NCBI GenBank assembly: GCA_964632755.1
Contig: CAZWDT010000002.1
Span: forward strand, 2,279-66,278
Length of the DNA stretch: 64,000 nucleotides
Direction of reading: 5' to 3'
Source: an uncultured Methanotrichaceae archaeon
GTDB lineage: Archaea > Halobacteriota > Methanosarcinia > Methanotrichales > Methanotrichaceae
Positions 8,578 to 18,874 of the stretch are shown here, one piece after another (position 1 is the first letter of the stretch; each line of letters begins with the position of its first letter). A model generated the notes under the pieces. It was not told where the DNA came from and did not search any database. It was given only the letters and a program-made list of their open reading frames with translations. The position numbers and the translations under genes are program-made.

Positions 8578-9327
8578 ATGTATCTTCGAGACCACCAGAT
8601 GCCTATGGAGCTTTCATTCGGGGGCAGGACCAGGGAGCCGGATGTCCGCTGGCTCAACGATATGAGTGAAGTGATCTACGACCAGGAGTGGCTGGCGAAG
8701 GCGGAGAACCGGCCCCTTTACTACATGTACAGGGATCTCTACCTGAGTCGTGCAGACGAGGGGCGCCTCATCGAGAAGGATCTGCGCTACGATATCACCA
8801 TCATCCCGCCAGGGATGCTTGGAGTCGAGTTCGTAAAGACCGCCGGCCACTACCACCCCTCCATTTTGGGATTCGATATTACCTATCCCGAGGTCTACGA
8901 GGTCCTGGAGGGCGAGGCGGTCTACCTCCTTCAGAAAGAGGACTTATCGGACGTCGTGGCAATCCGGGCCAAAGCCGGGGACAAGGCGGCAATCCCGCCA
9001 GGCTACGGCCACATCACCATAAACGCCTCCAATAAGAGGCTCAAGATGGCAAACTACGTCGCTAGATCCTTCTCCTCGATCTATGAACCCATCAAGGCAG
9101 TCGGGGGAGGAGCCTATTTCCTCACTGAGGACGGATTCATCCCCAATCCCCGCTCTCCTGCGGCGCCCCTGCGGGAGGTTCCGCCTCCCGGGAGCGCTGC
9201 CCTGAAGATGCTTGGGCTCTCCCGGGGCCGCGAGATGTATCCGCTCATAAGGGAGAGGCCTGAAGCGCTCGACTGGCTGGTGAGGCCCCAGGAGCACATG
9301 GACCTATTCGTTGGCCTTTTCGGGTGA
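8578..9327 (+). CDS. pgiA: cupin-type glucose-6-phosphate isomerase (archaeal cPGI)
   Basis: 249 aa. TAGHYHP..YPEVYEVLEGEA and IPPGYGHITIN are the metal-binding cupin motifs of Pyrococcus-type PGI. Confidence 0.8.
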   Translation: MYLRDHQMPMELSFGGRTREPDVRWLNDMSEVIYDQEWLAKAENRPLYYMYRDLYLSRADEGRLIEKDLRYDITIIPPGMLGVEFVKTAGHYHPSILGFDITYPEVYEVLEGEAVYLLQKEDLSDVVAIRAKAGDKAAIPPGYGHITINASNKRLKMANYVARSFSSIYEPIKAVGGGAYFLTEDGFIPNPRSPAAPLREVPPPGSAALKMLGLSRGREMYPLIRERPEALDWLVRPQEHMDLFVGLFG

Positions 9328-9333
9328 TTCCCC

Positions 9334-10248
9334 ATGCCCTGTGCGGTTATGAGATGCAGGCCCTATCTGGAGCTGCTTCGCCCACCACTCGCCCCAATGG
9401 ACCTGGCACTTCCGGCAGCCGCAGCCCTCCTCTCGGCATATGCCGTCACAGGCGGCCTGCCGGAGGCCCTCCCCTTCCTTATAGCCACGGTTGGGGCCTA
9501 TGCGGCGATAACTAGCTCCTACGTCTACAACGACTACTGCGACGTCGACGTCGACCGGGTGGGGATGCCGGGCCGGCCGCTACCATCATCTCGCGTAACC
9601 GCAAAAGAGGCAGGCCTTTACTCCCTATTTCTCTTCCTCGTGGCCTGTACTTGCGCCCTCTACCTCAATCCCGAGAGCTTCGTCGTGCTGATTGCAGCAA
9701 CCATCCTGATCACCATCTACTCCCGCTGGGCAAAGAGACATACCCCCTTCAGCTGGATCCTCGTGGGCCTCTCGTTCGGCCTGGTTCCCCTTGGCGTCTG
9801 GCTTGCGATCTCCCCTGCAGGCGTCCTCAAGGCCGGAATCGGCCTCCATCCAGCCGCCCTGGTGTTAAGCGCCATGATCTGCATCACCGACTGGGCGTTT
9901 ACCAACTGCGACGCATCTCGCGACGTTGCCGGCGATCGCGCAAAGGGGATTCCCACGCTTCCCGCAACCTACGGCATCCCCGTAACATCGAAGCTAGTCC
10001 TCGCCATTTGGTCGGCAGGCTTTGCCCTCTCGCTCCTCCTTGGAATAACAGCGGGCCTTGGCTGGCTCTACATGGCAGGGGCAGCCCTTGCCGGGTCCTG
10101 GCTTGTCTCTCAGGCATGGCAGTTCGCGAGAGAGCCTACCGCTCCTCGTGGCGACCTGCTCTTCTATCAGTCGGCCAACTACAGGGCGGTGCTCTTCGCA
10201 GTTTTGATATTGGATATCCTCTTCCGGGCGGTGACGGGGCCCCTTTGA
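9334..10248 (+). CDS. UbiA-family aromatic/isoprenoid prenyltransferase (polytopic membrane protein)
   Basis: 304 aa. It carries the Asp-rich motif YVYNDYCDVDVDR, a second motif NCDASRDVAGDRAKG, and about 8 hydrophobic segments. Confidence 0.85.
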   Translation: MPCAVMRCRPYLELLRPPLAPMDLALPAAAALLSAYAVTGGLPEALPFLIATVGAYAAITSSYVYNDYCDVDVDRVGMPGRPLPSSRVTAKEAGLYSLFLFLVACTCALYLNPESFVVLIAATILITIYSRWAKRHTPFSWILVGLSFGLVPLGVWLAISPAGVLKAGIGLHPAALVLSAMICITDWAFTNCDASRDVAGDRAKGIPTLPATYGIPVTSKLVLAIWSAGFALSLLLGITAGLGWLYMAGAALAGSWLVSQAWQFAREPTAPRGDLLFYQSANYRAVLFAVLILDILFRAVTGPL

Positions 10249-10375
10249 TTGCCCCTCTGATCGAGGGTGACAGCTCAGGAATCGGCCAAGCCGATCTCCC
10301 AAGCCAATGGCCATCCCCGGCCCGTGGAGATCGCTCTCGATTGTCAAGGCGCCAGCCTTCTATCCCTCCGGGGCT

Positions 10376-11071
10376 TCAGGCCAGGATCGGCCCTACCAGC
10401 GGATGGTGATCGGCATTGGCTCCGCCTGAGATGTTATGGGGCCGGTCGCAAATCAGATCGCCGTCTTCGTCCCTGCAGCCCTCCTCGTCCTGGTCAAAGT
10501 CGCCGAAGTAATTTCCGCCGTACCACATATCCCACGGCGAGCTGGACGATCCCTCCGGACCGAGGTCCCAGAAGTTCTCGCAGGTGTCGTAGGCGTTTGC
10601 CACGTTTCCGATCAGGTCGTTTCCATAGATGCTATTGTTCTTGCCGGTGGCGTATATCCCATAGCGATTGTTGCGGATGACATTTCCTCGAATGGTGCAG
10701 TTGCTCGCCTGTATCTTTATCCCGGAGTCGCCACAGCCGCAATGGCCAGAGCCTGTCACATTGAACCCCTCGAGAACCGCCTCATCGGCGGAGATGACAA
10801 TAGCGCTTGCGCGGCCGCCGCCGTATATCATCGGCATCTCTCCCGCTTCCCCTCTCAGGGTAAGGCGCTTGTTCAGGTAGAGGTTCTCGGAATAGGTACC
10901 GTTAAGGACCTCTATCGTATCTCCTTCAATAGAAGAGTCGATGGCTTCCTGGATGCTTGCAAAGCTGCATCCTTCCTTGCATACGAATACCGTAGACCCT
11001 GCCGACGCGACGAGCAGGACGATTGTAGCCGCAAGTCCTAAGGCGGGCCAGCGGATCTCATGGTTGGACAT
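10376..11071 (-). CDS. secreted parallel beta-helix repeat protein (NosD/pectate-lyase-fold-like)
   Basis: 231 aa. An N-terminal anchor or signal (WPALGLAATIVLLVASAG) is followed by SIQEAIDSSIEGDTIEVLNGTY and repeated ..I.GN.I.NN.YGIY.. turns. Confidence 0.7.
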   Translation of the reverse strand: MSNHEIRWPALGLAATIVLLVASAGSTVFVCKEGCSFASIQEAIDSSIEGDTIEVLNGTYSENLYLNKRLTLRGEAGEMPMIYGGGRASAIVISADEAVLEGFNVTGSGHCGCGDSGIKIQASNCTIRGNVIRNNRYGIYATGKNNSIYGNDLIGNVANAYDTCENFWDLGPEGSSSSPWDMWYGGNYFGDFDQDEEGCRDEDGDLICDRPHNISGGANADHHPLVGPILA

Positions 11072-11195
11072 GTTCCCTCCAAGTGCCTAATCTGTTCGCC
11101 ATAGCTACTTACGTCCAAATAAAATTCTCGGTCGAATGCTTGCACAAGGTTTATGTCCTTAAAGGGGAGGGGTTGGGACCAGCAGAGAATGAGGA

Positions 11196-11711
11196 ATGCT
11201 TGATATGCGACTTTCGATGGACTTGGAGATGCAGGATAAGCCAGGGCAGCTCCTGATGGCCCTCGAGCCGCTCCGGGAGCAGAAGGGAAATATCATCAGC
11301 GTTCTGCACCATCGGGACAAGAAGACCCCTCGTGGCACCATACCGGTCCGCGTGATCTTGGAGATGGACCGGTCCAGGTTGGAGGCGGTCAAGGAGCAGC
11401 TTCAGGCCAATGGGATCATAGTTGTGCGCGCAGGTGAGGACCGCTTCCTGGAGGAGATCACCGTACTGCTGGTGGGCCATGTGCTGGACAGAGATCTCGG
11501 GGATACCGTCCATCAGATAGACTCTACTGGCTTTGCCGAGGTCGTCGACCTCTCCCTCTCCATGCCGGGGATAGATGAGCCCTCTTCTGCCTATCTCAGG
11601 ATCCGGGCCACGGGAAAGGATGAGATCCAGAAGGCAATGTCCATCCTTCGTCAGGTGGGCGTCCAGAAGGATCTGCTGGTTATAGAGCCTATCGAGGCGG
11701 ATGAGCCATGA
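11196..11711 (+). CDS. ACT-domain (amino-acid-binding) regulatory protein
   Basis: 171 aa. L.M.DKPGQLL....L....GNI.SV.H is an ACT-like fold signature. The gene overlaps the downstream homoserine dehydrogenase gene by 4 nt, the arrangement usual in archaea. Confidence 0.7.
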   Translation: MLDMRLSMDLEMQDKPGQLLMALEPLREQKGNIISVLHHRDKKTPRGTIPVRVILEMDRSRLEAVKEQLQANGIIVVRAGEDRFLEEITVLLVGHVLDRDLGDTVHQIDSTGFAEVVDLSLSMPGIDEPSSAYLRIRATGKDEIQKAMSILRQVGVQKDLLVIEPIEADEP

Positions 11712-12718
11712 CGGAGGTAAAGATATCCCTGGTGGGCTATGGCGTGGTTGGCCACGGGGTCGTGGAGGTTCTGGAGAGGAAGCGGCAGTTGATGAGGGAG
11801 ATCGGCCTTGATCTGACGCTCGTAAGCGTCACCGATCATACGGGCACTTACCTTGCGCCAGATGGCGTTGTCGCGAAGGACATCCTGGACCATCGCACTC
11901 TGGAGGGTGTTGCCAACTCCGATATGGCGGCTCGGGAGGTCTTTGGCTCGATCGATTGTGACCTCGTAGTCGAGGTCACCCCCACGAACATAGTACATGG
12001 CCAGCCTGGCCTGGGCCATATGGTCGATGCCCTATCCATGGGAAAGCACGTGGTTACGTCGAACAAAGGCCCCCTCGTGGTGGATTATCGAAGGCTGAAG
12101 GATCTCGCGAGGAAGAACGACGTCGCCCTCAAGTTCGAGGCGACGGTTGGAGGAACCATGCCCCTCATCAGCCTGATCGAGAGGACGCTCGTTGGGAACA
12201 CCATACTCGGTATCAGGGGGATCTTCAACGGCACATGCAACTACATATTGACCAGGATGGTCGAGGAGAAGTACCCATACAACCATGCTCTGACCGAGGC
12301 CCAGGAGCTCGGATACGCTGAGGCCGATCCCTCCTACGACGTCGAGGGCGTGGACACGGCGGGCAAGGTGGCGATATTGGCGAACTCCATCTTCGATATG
12401 GACGTGAAATACGGCGATGTAGAGGTCACCGGGATCACGGGCATAACCCCCGAGGCCCTGATACTCGCCCACAAGCGAGGGTATGCGGTGAAGCTGATCG
12501 GGGAGGTGCCGGCCCTCACGGTAAAGCCGATGCTAGTTCCTTTGGGAAGCCCCCTCGCCGTAGGATCCACGCTAAACGCCGCTGCGATCTACACAGACCT
12601 CTCAGGGACGATCACAGTGACCGGCCTTGGAGCTGGCCGTATAGAGACCGCAAGCGCCATACTCTCTGATATCGTCAGCATATACCGCGGCAATCATGTA
12701 GATATACTGAGATCATGA
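11708..12718 (+). CDS. hom: homoserine dehydrogenase
   Basis: 336 aa. It has the Rossmann motif LVGYGVVGHGV plus SNKGPLV, FEATVGGTMPLI, FNGTCNYILTRM and GYAEADPSYDVEGVD. Confidence 0.9.
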   Translation: MTEVKISLVGYGVVGHGVVEVLERKRQLMREIGLDLTLVSVTDHTGTYLAPDGVVAKDILDHRTLEGVANSDMAAREVFGSIDCDLVVEVTPTNIVHGQPGLGHMVDALSMGKHVVTSNKGPLVVDYRRLKDLARKNDVALKFEATVGGTMPLISLIERTLVGNTILGIRGIFNGTCNYILTRMVEEKYPYNHALTEAQELGYAEADPSYDVEGVDTAGKVAILANSIFDMDVKYGDVEVTGITGITPEALILAHKRGYAVKLIGEVPALTVKPMLVPLGSPLAVGSTLNAAAIYTDLSGTITVTGLGAGRIETASAILSDIVSIYRGNHVDILRS

Positions 12719-14373
12719 CGAGCTTCCTCCAGTTCGCAGAGCTCTGCCAGAAGGTCCAAGAGGTGAGCGGGAACCTGGATAAGGTGGATCTGGTCTCTTC
12801 CTTCCTGGAGGATCTGGACGACCGGGAGCTTGGGATCGCTGCAAGCTTTCTCATGGGCACGCTCATCCCCGAGCAGGAGCTTGGGGTAGGGCCGAGCATC
12901 CTATACGGGTCCATTGCCAAGGCCGCAGGGCTAAATCTTGCGACCATCACCGATCTTTTAAGAAAGACGGGCGACGTAGGGCTTGTCGCTCAACATGCCA
13001 TCTCCGAGAGAAGGCCCCTCACCCTCGCCTCGTTTGCCGGGAGCGAGCCTCTTGCGATCTCCGAGGTCTACGAGAGGTTTCTCGCAATTGCCAAGGCGGT
13101 TGGCAGGGGCAGCCAGGACGCCAAGGCCAAGAACCTCCAGTTCCTCTTCAGCGAGGCCACACCACTCGAAGCGCAGTATATTGCCCGCCTGGCCATGGAG
13201 GACCTGAGGATCGGGGTCGGGGTGGGGTCGGTGCGCGACGCGATCTCAAAGGCATTCCATCAGCCGGTGGACCTCGTGGAACGGGGCTACAACCTGACAA
13301 ACGATATCAGCCTGGTGGCCCAATCGGCCAGGCACGAAGACCTCTCCAAGCTGAACATCGGAATAGGTCGTCCGATAAAGATGATGCTGGCCCAGGTCGC
13401 CGAGAGCATACCTGCCGCCCTCCAAGAGGGTTCCATGGCCGTCGAGTGGAAGTTCGACGGTGCGAGGGTCCAGATTCACAAGGACGGATCGAGGATCCGG
13501 ATATTCTCCCGCAGGCTGGAGGACGTCACAAGCTCCCTTCCCGAGATCGTGGCGATGGCTGAGGGGATGGTGGGGGCGTTGCAGGCGATACTCGACGGCG
13601 AGGTGGTGGCGGTTGGAGAGGACGGCCGGCCCCTGCCGTTTCAAGCAGTCTTGAGGAGGTTTCGCCGCAAGTACCACGTGGCAAGCGTTGCTGCCAAGAT
13701 CCCGCTCAGTTTGAACCTGTTCGACATCATATACCTAAATGGGGAGAGCTTGATCGACCGTCCCCTCGTCGAGCGCAGGCGTTTCCTCGAGGCCGTCTCC
13801 TCTTCCGATATACTGGCGAGGCAGGAGATCACCGACGATCCGGCGGTGGCAGAGCAGATCTACGAGGCCGCACTGAAGGCAGGCCACGAGGGGATACTGC
13901 TCAAGAACCCGGCGTCCGTCTATTCCCCCGGCAAGAGGGGAAAGAACTGGCTCAAGATCAAGCCGGTGGCGGAATCCCTGGACCTGGTCGTTGTAGGCGC
14001 AAGATGGGGCGAGGGAAGGCGGGCGAAGCTGCTCGGCTCCTATCGCCTTGCCTGCCCGGATCCGGCCTCCGGCGAGCTTGTGGATGTGGGATGGGTTGCG
14101 ACAGGCCTCAACGATGACAAGCTCTCTGAGCTCTCCGACCTCTTCAATGATCTCATCGTGATGAGCAAGGGGATGGAGGTGGAGATCAAGCCCCAGGTGG
14201 TCATCGAGGTTGGCTACGAGGAGATCCAGAAGAGCCCTAACTACGCATCGGGCTATGCGCTTCGTTTTCCCCGGTTCATTGGGGTCAGGGATGATAAGTC
14301 CCCGGAGGAGGCGGACGGCTTGGACAGGATAGAACATATATACGGCATGCAAAGGGGCCGGCAGATCTCCTGA
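12715..14373 (+). CDS. lig: ATP-dependent DNA ligase
   Basis: 552 aa. It has the adenylation motif EWKFDGARVQIH (KxDG), plus EGILLK, WLKIK and the C-terminal LRFPRFIGVRDDK. Confidence 0.92.
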   Translation: MTSFLQFAELCQKVQEVSGNLDKVDLVSSFLEDLDDRELGIAASFLMGTLIPEQELGVGPSILYGSIAKAAGLNLATITDLLRKTGDVGLVAQHAISERRPLTLASFAGSEPLAISEVYERFLAIAKAVGRGSQDAKAKNLQFLFSEATPLEAQYIARLAMEDLRIGVGVGSVRDAISKAFHQPVDLVERGYNLTNDISLVAQSARHEDLSKLNIGIGRPIKMMLAQVAESIPAALQEGSMAVEWKFDGARVQIHKDGSRIRIFSRRLEDVTSSLPEIVAMAEGMVGALQAILDGEVVAVGEDGRPLPFQAVLRRFRRKYHVASVAAKIPLSLNLFDIIYLNGESLIDRPLVERRRFLEAVSSSDILARQEITDDPAVAEQIYEAALKAGHEGILLKNPASVYSPGKRGKNWLKIKPVAESLDLVVVGARWGEGRRAKLLGSYRLACPDPASGELVDVGWVATGLNDDKLSELSDLFNDLIVMSKGMEVEIKPQVVIEVGYEEIQKSPNYASGYALRFPRFIGVRDDKSPEEADGLDRIEHIYGMQRGRQIS

Positions 14374-14424
14374 GGCCCTTTTCCGAGGTCACGATTTTCG
14401 ACTTAGATCTGGAGGTAGGCAAGT

Positions 14425-15714
14425 ATGACGATATTAAAAAAGATAGAGGAGTTGAGCGATGAGGAGCTCCAGGGACTGCTCTACAGGCAGGTTGGCATCC
14501 AGGATATGCTGCTGTCGGTCGATGAGATAATCAAGGGCGTGGCCACCCGAGGCGACCTGGCCCTTGCCCAGTACACCGAGCGGTTCGATGGAGCAATTCT
14601 TGCCACCTTTAGGGTGGAGGACTCGGAGATCGATGCCGCCTATGATCTGGTGGACGGGGACCTGCTGGAAACGCTCGCGTTTGCAGCGGAGAATATCGAG
14701 GCCTTTCACGATGAGCAGAGGGAGAAGGACCTCTGGTTGACGGAGATCGCCCCGGGTGTCACCGTCGGCCAGAAGATCGTTCCAATCGATTCGGTTGGGG
14801 CCTACGTGCCGGGAGGAAGGGCCACGTACCCAAGCTCGGCGCTGATGACGGTCATCCCGGCAAAGGTGGCGGACGTCCCTAGGGTCGTTGTATGCACCCC
14901 GCCAGCGCCCGATGGCACGATTCCCCCGTTAACCCTGGTCGCTGCCGATATGGCAGGCGCAGACGAGATCTACAAGCTGGGTGGGGTTCAGGCAATCGCT
15001 GCGATGGCGTTTGGCACCGAGAGCATTGTCCCTGTGGAGAAGATCGTGGGGCCTGGAAACGCCTATGTGACGGCAGCCAAGCTGCTCGTCAGAAATACGG
15101 TTGAGATCGACTTTCCGGCGGGTCCAAGCGAAGTGCTTATTATTGCAGACGAGACAGCCCATCCCGATGTACTGGCCGCCGATATGATCGCGCAATTGGA
15201 GCACGACCCAGCGTCCATCTCGGTGCTCGTAACAATTGATGAGGTGCTCGCAGCCGCAGTTGCCGAAGAGATCGAGACGCTCGCGCTCTCTGCGGAGAGA
15301 AAGGAGATCGTCGTGCAGGGCCTTCAGAGGAGCGCCATACTGGTTGCATCAAGTACCGAGGACGCGGTCAACTTCGCAAATGACTTCGCACCTGAGCATC
15401 TTGAGATCGTGGTCGGGGATGGAATGGACCTTCTCAAGGGTATCCGCCATGCAGGATCTATATTCATCGGACCCCACACGCCTGTGGCAGCTGGCGACTA
15501 TGCGAGCGGCACGAACCACGTCCTCCCCACATCTGGCTGGGCCAGGGTCTTTTCCGGGCTCAACGTGGACCACTTCGTAAAGAAGATCACAGTCCAGAGC
15601 CTGAGCCCGGAGGGCCTCGACCGCCTTTCCGAGGTCATCATCTCCCTCTCCGAGGCCGAGGGATTGCCAGGCCATGCGGAGTCTGTAAGGCGCAGGCTCG
15701 AGAAGCTCGGCTAG
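14425..15714 (+). CDS. hisD: histidinol dehydrogenase
   Basis: 429 aa. Diagnostic motifs are GGVQAIAAMAFGT, GPGNAYVTAAK, PSEVLIIAD and DYASGTNHVLPT. Confidence 0.92.
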   Translation: MTILKKIEELSDEELQGLLYRQVGIQDMLLSVDEIIKGVATRGDLALAQYTERFDGAILATFRVEDSEIDAAYDLVDGDLLETLAFAAENIEAFHDEQREKDLWLTEIAPGVTVGQKIVPIDSVGAYVPGGRATYPSSALMTVIPAKVADVPRVVVCTPPAPDGTIPPLTLVAADMAGADEIYKLGGVQAIAAMAFGTESIVPVEKIVGPGNAYVTAAKLLVRNTVEIDFPAGPSEVLIIADETAHPDVLAADMIAQLEHDPASISVLVTIDEVLAAAVAEEIETLALSAERKEIVVQGLQRSAILVASSTEDAVNFANDFAPEHLEIVVGDGMDLLKGIRHAGSIFIGPHTPVAAGDYASGTNHVLPTSGWARVFSGLNVDHFVKKITVQSLSPEGLDRLSEVIISLSEAEGLPGHAESVRRRLEKLG

Positions 15715-16202
15715 CTTCCCTTCCTCGCCATCCGGTCCATGGCAATGAGGTATCCACGCGCCCTCTCGGCCAGGGGATACCTCATCACCAGCGACTTGAA
15801 CCTGCGGCCGTGGTTTGGCTCCACTAGATGGGCGAGCTCATGGACTATGACGTAGTCCTCAACCCAGCGGGGCATATCCATCAGCCGGTAGCTTATCGAG
15901 ATCGTCCTCTCGGAGATGTTGCAGGATCCGTTCCGCTTCATCTGCCTTGTCGAGTAGGAGATGCCCTTCCAGGCAAGCTTGCCCTGGAAGTACTTGCGAT
16001 TTAGATGGCGCGCTCTCTCCTCCAGCTTGGCGTCGTCGCGTCGCGTGGTCTTTTTCTCCATGCGGGCTTTCAGCCGGGATATGTGCTCCTGGAGCTCGCC
16101 TTCCGGGATATCCTCGGGGGCCATCACCTCCATAACTCCGTCGACCATCCGCGCCTGTATGGTCTTCTTCCTTCTGGCCGATCTCTTGATAAGGATCTCC
16201 AT
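15711..16202 (-). CDS. YgjP/DUF45-type (M48-like) zinc metallohydrolase
   Basis: 163 aa. The HELAHLVEPNHGRRF zinc motif sits near the C-terminus, in a basic DUF45-like context. Confidence 0.75.
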   Translation of the reverse strand: MEILIKRSARRKKTIQARMVDGVMEVMAPEDIPEGELQEHISRLKARMEKKTTRRDDAKLEERARHLNRKYFQGKLAWKGISYSTRQMKRNGSCNISERTISISYRLMDMPRWVEDYVIVHELAHLVEPNHGRRFKSLVMRYPLAERARGYLIAMDRMARKGS

Positions 16203-16292
16203 GACCGATTCGTCTGAACCGATTATATGAATCGCTTTCGGCCACCTTTTGCGAAATAGTCGGCTCCCTTTGGCGGAAGAGTCGGCCAGCCC

Positions 16293-18770
16293 CTAACGGA
16301 AGAGGCTTCCTGTTGTGATCCCGCCCCAGGCCATGGATCGGACCTCCCCTTTTGCCACCATGACGTCGCCGGCCATGGCCTTTCTATAGATCCGAGCCAT
16401 CCTCTCAGCGTAAGCGGCAGAACGCCATCTAGCGTCGATCACGATCGACGCGATTCCCATATCGAGAAGGTCGGGGACGGCGTCAACGAGAGAAGTCTCG
16501 ACCGCGTTGAAGATGTGCGTTCGCCCCTCGGCGTCCAACCTGAGGGGAAACGTCCTTCCGGTCAAGTCCAATAGACCCAAGGTCGAGTCTCGAACGCTCA
16601 GGGGTCGAGCAGCCCTGCAGGGGAGGCAGTCATCGGAGACCATGACCTCCTGGTTGCCCTGCACTACAAGCTCCAGCTCGGGACCTCCTCGGGACTTGAC
16701 TCGGGCGGCCGTCTCCAGGATGTCCCGGGCGTTGAGCTCGGGAGAGAGGGTCAGGCGCCGAAACTCCTTCAGTAATAGGGCGGAGCGGAAGTTCCATATG
16801 TTAAGGCCGGCCGAGCCTGAGAGGTTCATTCGAGGCTCCCCCTTGATTACTGCAGTTGCAGCTCCAAGCCCGTCTACCATGACCTCGGAGATTCCCGCAT
16901 CGAAGGCCTTTGGAAGGAGGGGCTTGGCAATGTCTAGGAACCTGCGGCGGGTGATACGTGGCCACTTCCAGACGAGCTTTTCTGTGCCTGCCGCCTGAAC
17001 CGCCATATCGAGCGTGTCCATGATGGAAGAGGCCGGGGGAGCGAGGGAGTCGATTCGATCCTCCGGCTGGAAGTAGATTCGATCGCATCCGCCCAGTATC
17101 GCCCCTTCAACTGTCTCAAGGCTATCGGCGTACGCTGCGAGGGCCGGGCTGGAACTTCGACTTGGACTTGAGGGCTCGGTCCAGCCATCGAGAAGCTTCG
17201 ACCTGGAAGATGCGACCTCCTCGATCGAGGGCTTGTAGGCCTCGATGAGCGAGACCTCGGCCCCTTTCAGCAGATCGCGGCGCAGCTCATTGATGGCTCT
17301 CAAAGGGGCGAAGAGCCCCCCGGGGTAGCTCATCAAAAGATCAACCGCAAAGGGAGTCGCTCCGCAACGCTCGATCTGGGAGCGGATCTGTTCACTGCTG
17401 AGGGGCCTTGAGCGGGCCTTCTCCATCCGTTCGCCCTCTCGGGATACGAGCAGATCTCCCTTGGGGCCGGCAACCCTGGCCCTTGCAAGTGGCACCCCTT
17501 CGCGCCAGGTGATATCGATATGTATCGGGATTTGAGCTCTTCCTCGCCGCAGGATCGCTTCAGCCCTTCGCTCCAGGCTGGCTCGGCGCGTCATTCGAAC
17601 AATCGCCCCTCGCTCGACTGACGGGGGGACGTCGAGCGAGATTCGCCTTCTCCAGACGCGAGGATCCTTTCTTAAGACGAGCCCTACTTTGCAGTCGCCC
17701 TGGATGAAGACAAGGCCGTCTCCCATCTCTGGAATCGTGCTCCCATGGATCTCGATCAAGGCCTCGCCGTGGCCGTCGACGGATAGCACCCGTCCTAGAT
17801 AGAGTCCCCGGTTCTCGGGGCTCTCGGTTGCCATCAGCGCGTCCCCTTCTTCTCCCATCAGGTATCCGGCGGTAAAGCCCCTGTTGAACGCAAGGGTGAG
17901 GGTCTGCATGTCATCGGGCGATGGGGACCATTCGCCTTCTGAGATGGCGTCCAAGGCTCGACGATATACATCGACGACTGTTGCAACATAGAGGGGAGAC
18001 CTCATCCTCCCCTCGATCTTGATCGCCTCGACCTGGGAGCGGACGATCATCTCCAGGTGGGGGTAGAGGGAGAGGTCCCGCATGGAGAGCAGGTAGCTTT
18101 CCTTCAGGGAGACGGCCTTGGCCGAGGCGATCCTGCCGTATCCGTCCGCCTCCCCTGAAAGCAGTTGATAGGGCTTTCGGCAGGGCTGGGCGCATACGCC
18201 CCTGTTTCCGCTTCGCCCGCCGATCGCTTGCGAGAGGAGGCACTGGCCAGAGTAGCAGTAGCATAGCGCCCCATGGACGAAGATCTCAAGGCCGATACCT
18301 GCCGAGGCCATCTCCTCCACCTCGTTGAGAGAAAGCTCCCGGCTAAGCACCACCCGTCGAAGGCCAAGCGACGCTGCCCTGATGGCACCCTCTCGGTTAT
18401 GGACCGTCATCTGAGTGGAGCCATGAATCTCCATTTCGGGGACGACCTCCTTTGCCAGGGAGAGGGCTCCTAAATCCTGGATCAGCAAGGCGTCAGCCCC
18501 CATGGCGTAGAGATCGACCATGTACTCGGCAAGCTCCGGAAGTTCGCGGTCGTGGACGAGGGTGTTCACGGTGACGTATACCTTCACGCCTCGCAGATGG
18601 GCGTGCTCGACCGCCCTCTCCATCTCAGGAATCGCGAAGTTGGGGGAGTTGGCCCTCGCCCCAAAGCGTCTCCCGCCCAGGTAGACAGCATCGGCTCCGG
18701 AGGCCACGGCCGCTTTCATCGAGTCCCAGGAGCCTGCAGGGGCGAGCAGCTCTGGAAGCCTAAAGCTCAT
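16293..18770 (-). CDS. U32-family peptidase-like protein (long form)
   Basis: 825 aa. PELLAPAGSWDSMKAAVASGADAVYLGG and the family signature EIFVHGALCYCYSGQCLLS....GRSGNRGVCAQPCR are both present. Confidence 0.85.
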   Translation of the reverse strand: MSFRLPELLAPAGSWDSMKAAVASGADAVYLGGRRFGARANSPNFAIPEMERAVEHAHLRGVKVYVTVNTLVHDRELPELAEYMVDLYAMGADALLIQDLGALSLAKEVVPEMEIHGSTQMTVHNREGAIRAASLGLRRVVLSRELSLNEVEEMASAGIGLEIFVHGALCYCYSGQCLLSQAIGGRSGNRGVCAQPCRKPYQLLSGEADGYGRIASAKAVSLKESYLLSMRDLSLYPHLEMIVRSQVEAIKIEGRMRSPLYVATVVDVYRRALDAISEGEWSPSPDDMQTLTLAFNRGFTAGYLMGEEGDALMATESPENRGLYLGRVLSVDGHGEALIEIHGSTIPEMGDGLVFIQGDCKVGLVLRKDPRVWRRRISLDVPPSVERGAIVRMTRRASLERRAEAILRRGRAQIPIHIDITWREGVPLARARVAGPKGDLLVSREGERMEKARSRPLSSEQIRSQIERCGATPFAVDLLMSYPGGLFAPLRAINELRRDLLKGAEVSLIEAYKPSIEEVASSRSKLLDGWTEPSSPSRSSSPALAAYADSLETVEGAILGGCDRIYFQPEDRIDSLAPPASSIMDTLDMAVQAAGTEKLVWKWPRITRRRFLDIAKPLLPKAFDAGISEVMVDGLGAATAVIKGEPRMNLSGSAGLNIWNFRSALLLKEFRRLTLSPELNARDILETAARVKSRGGPELELVVQGNQEVMVSDDCLPCRAARPLSVRDSTLGLLDLTGRTFPLRLDAEGRTHIFNAVETSLVDAVPDLLDMGIASIVIDARWRSAAYAERMARIYRKAMAGDVMVAKGEVRSMAWGGITTGSLFR

Positions 18771-18874
18771 CGCGTCTTCGTCTCGCAGGCGGAGCGTTTA
18801 ACGGTTGGCATGGGGAAGGACAATTCCAGATAACCTATTTATTCGATGAGTAACCATTTTAATTAGGGATTACT

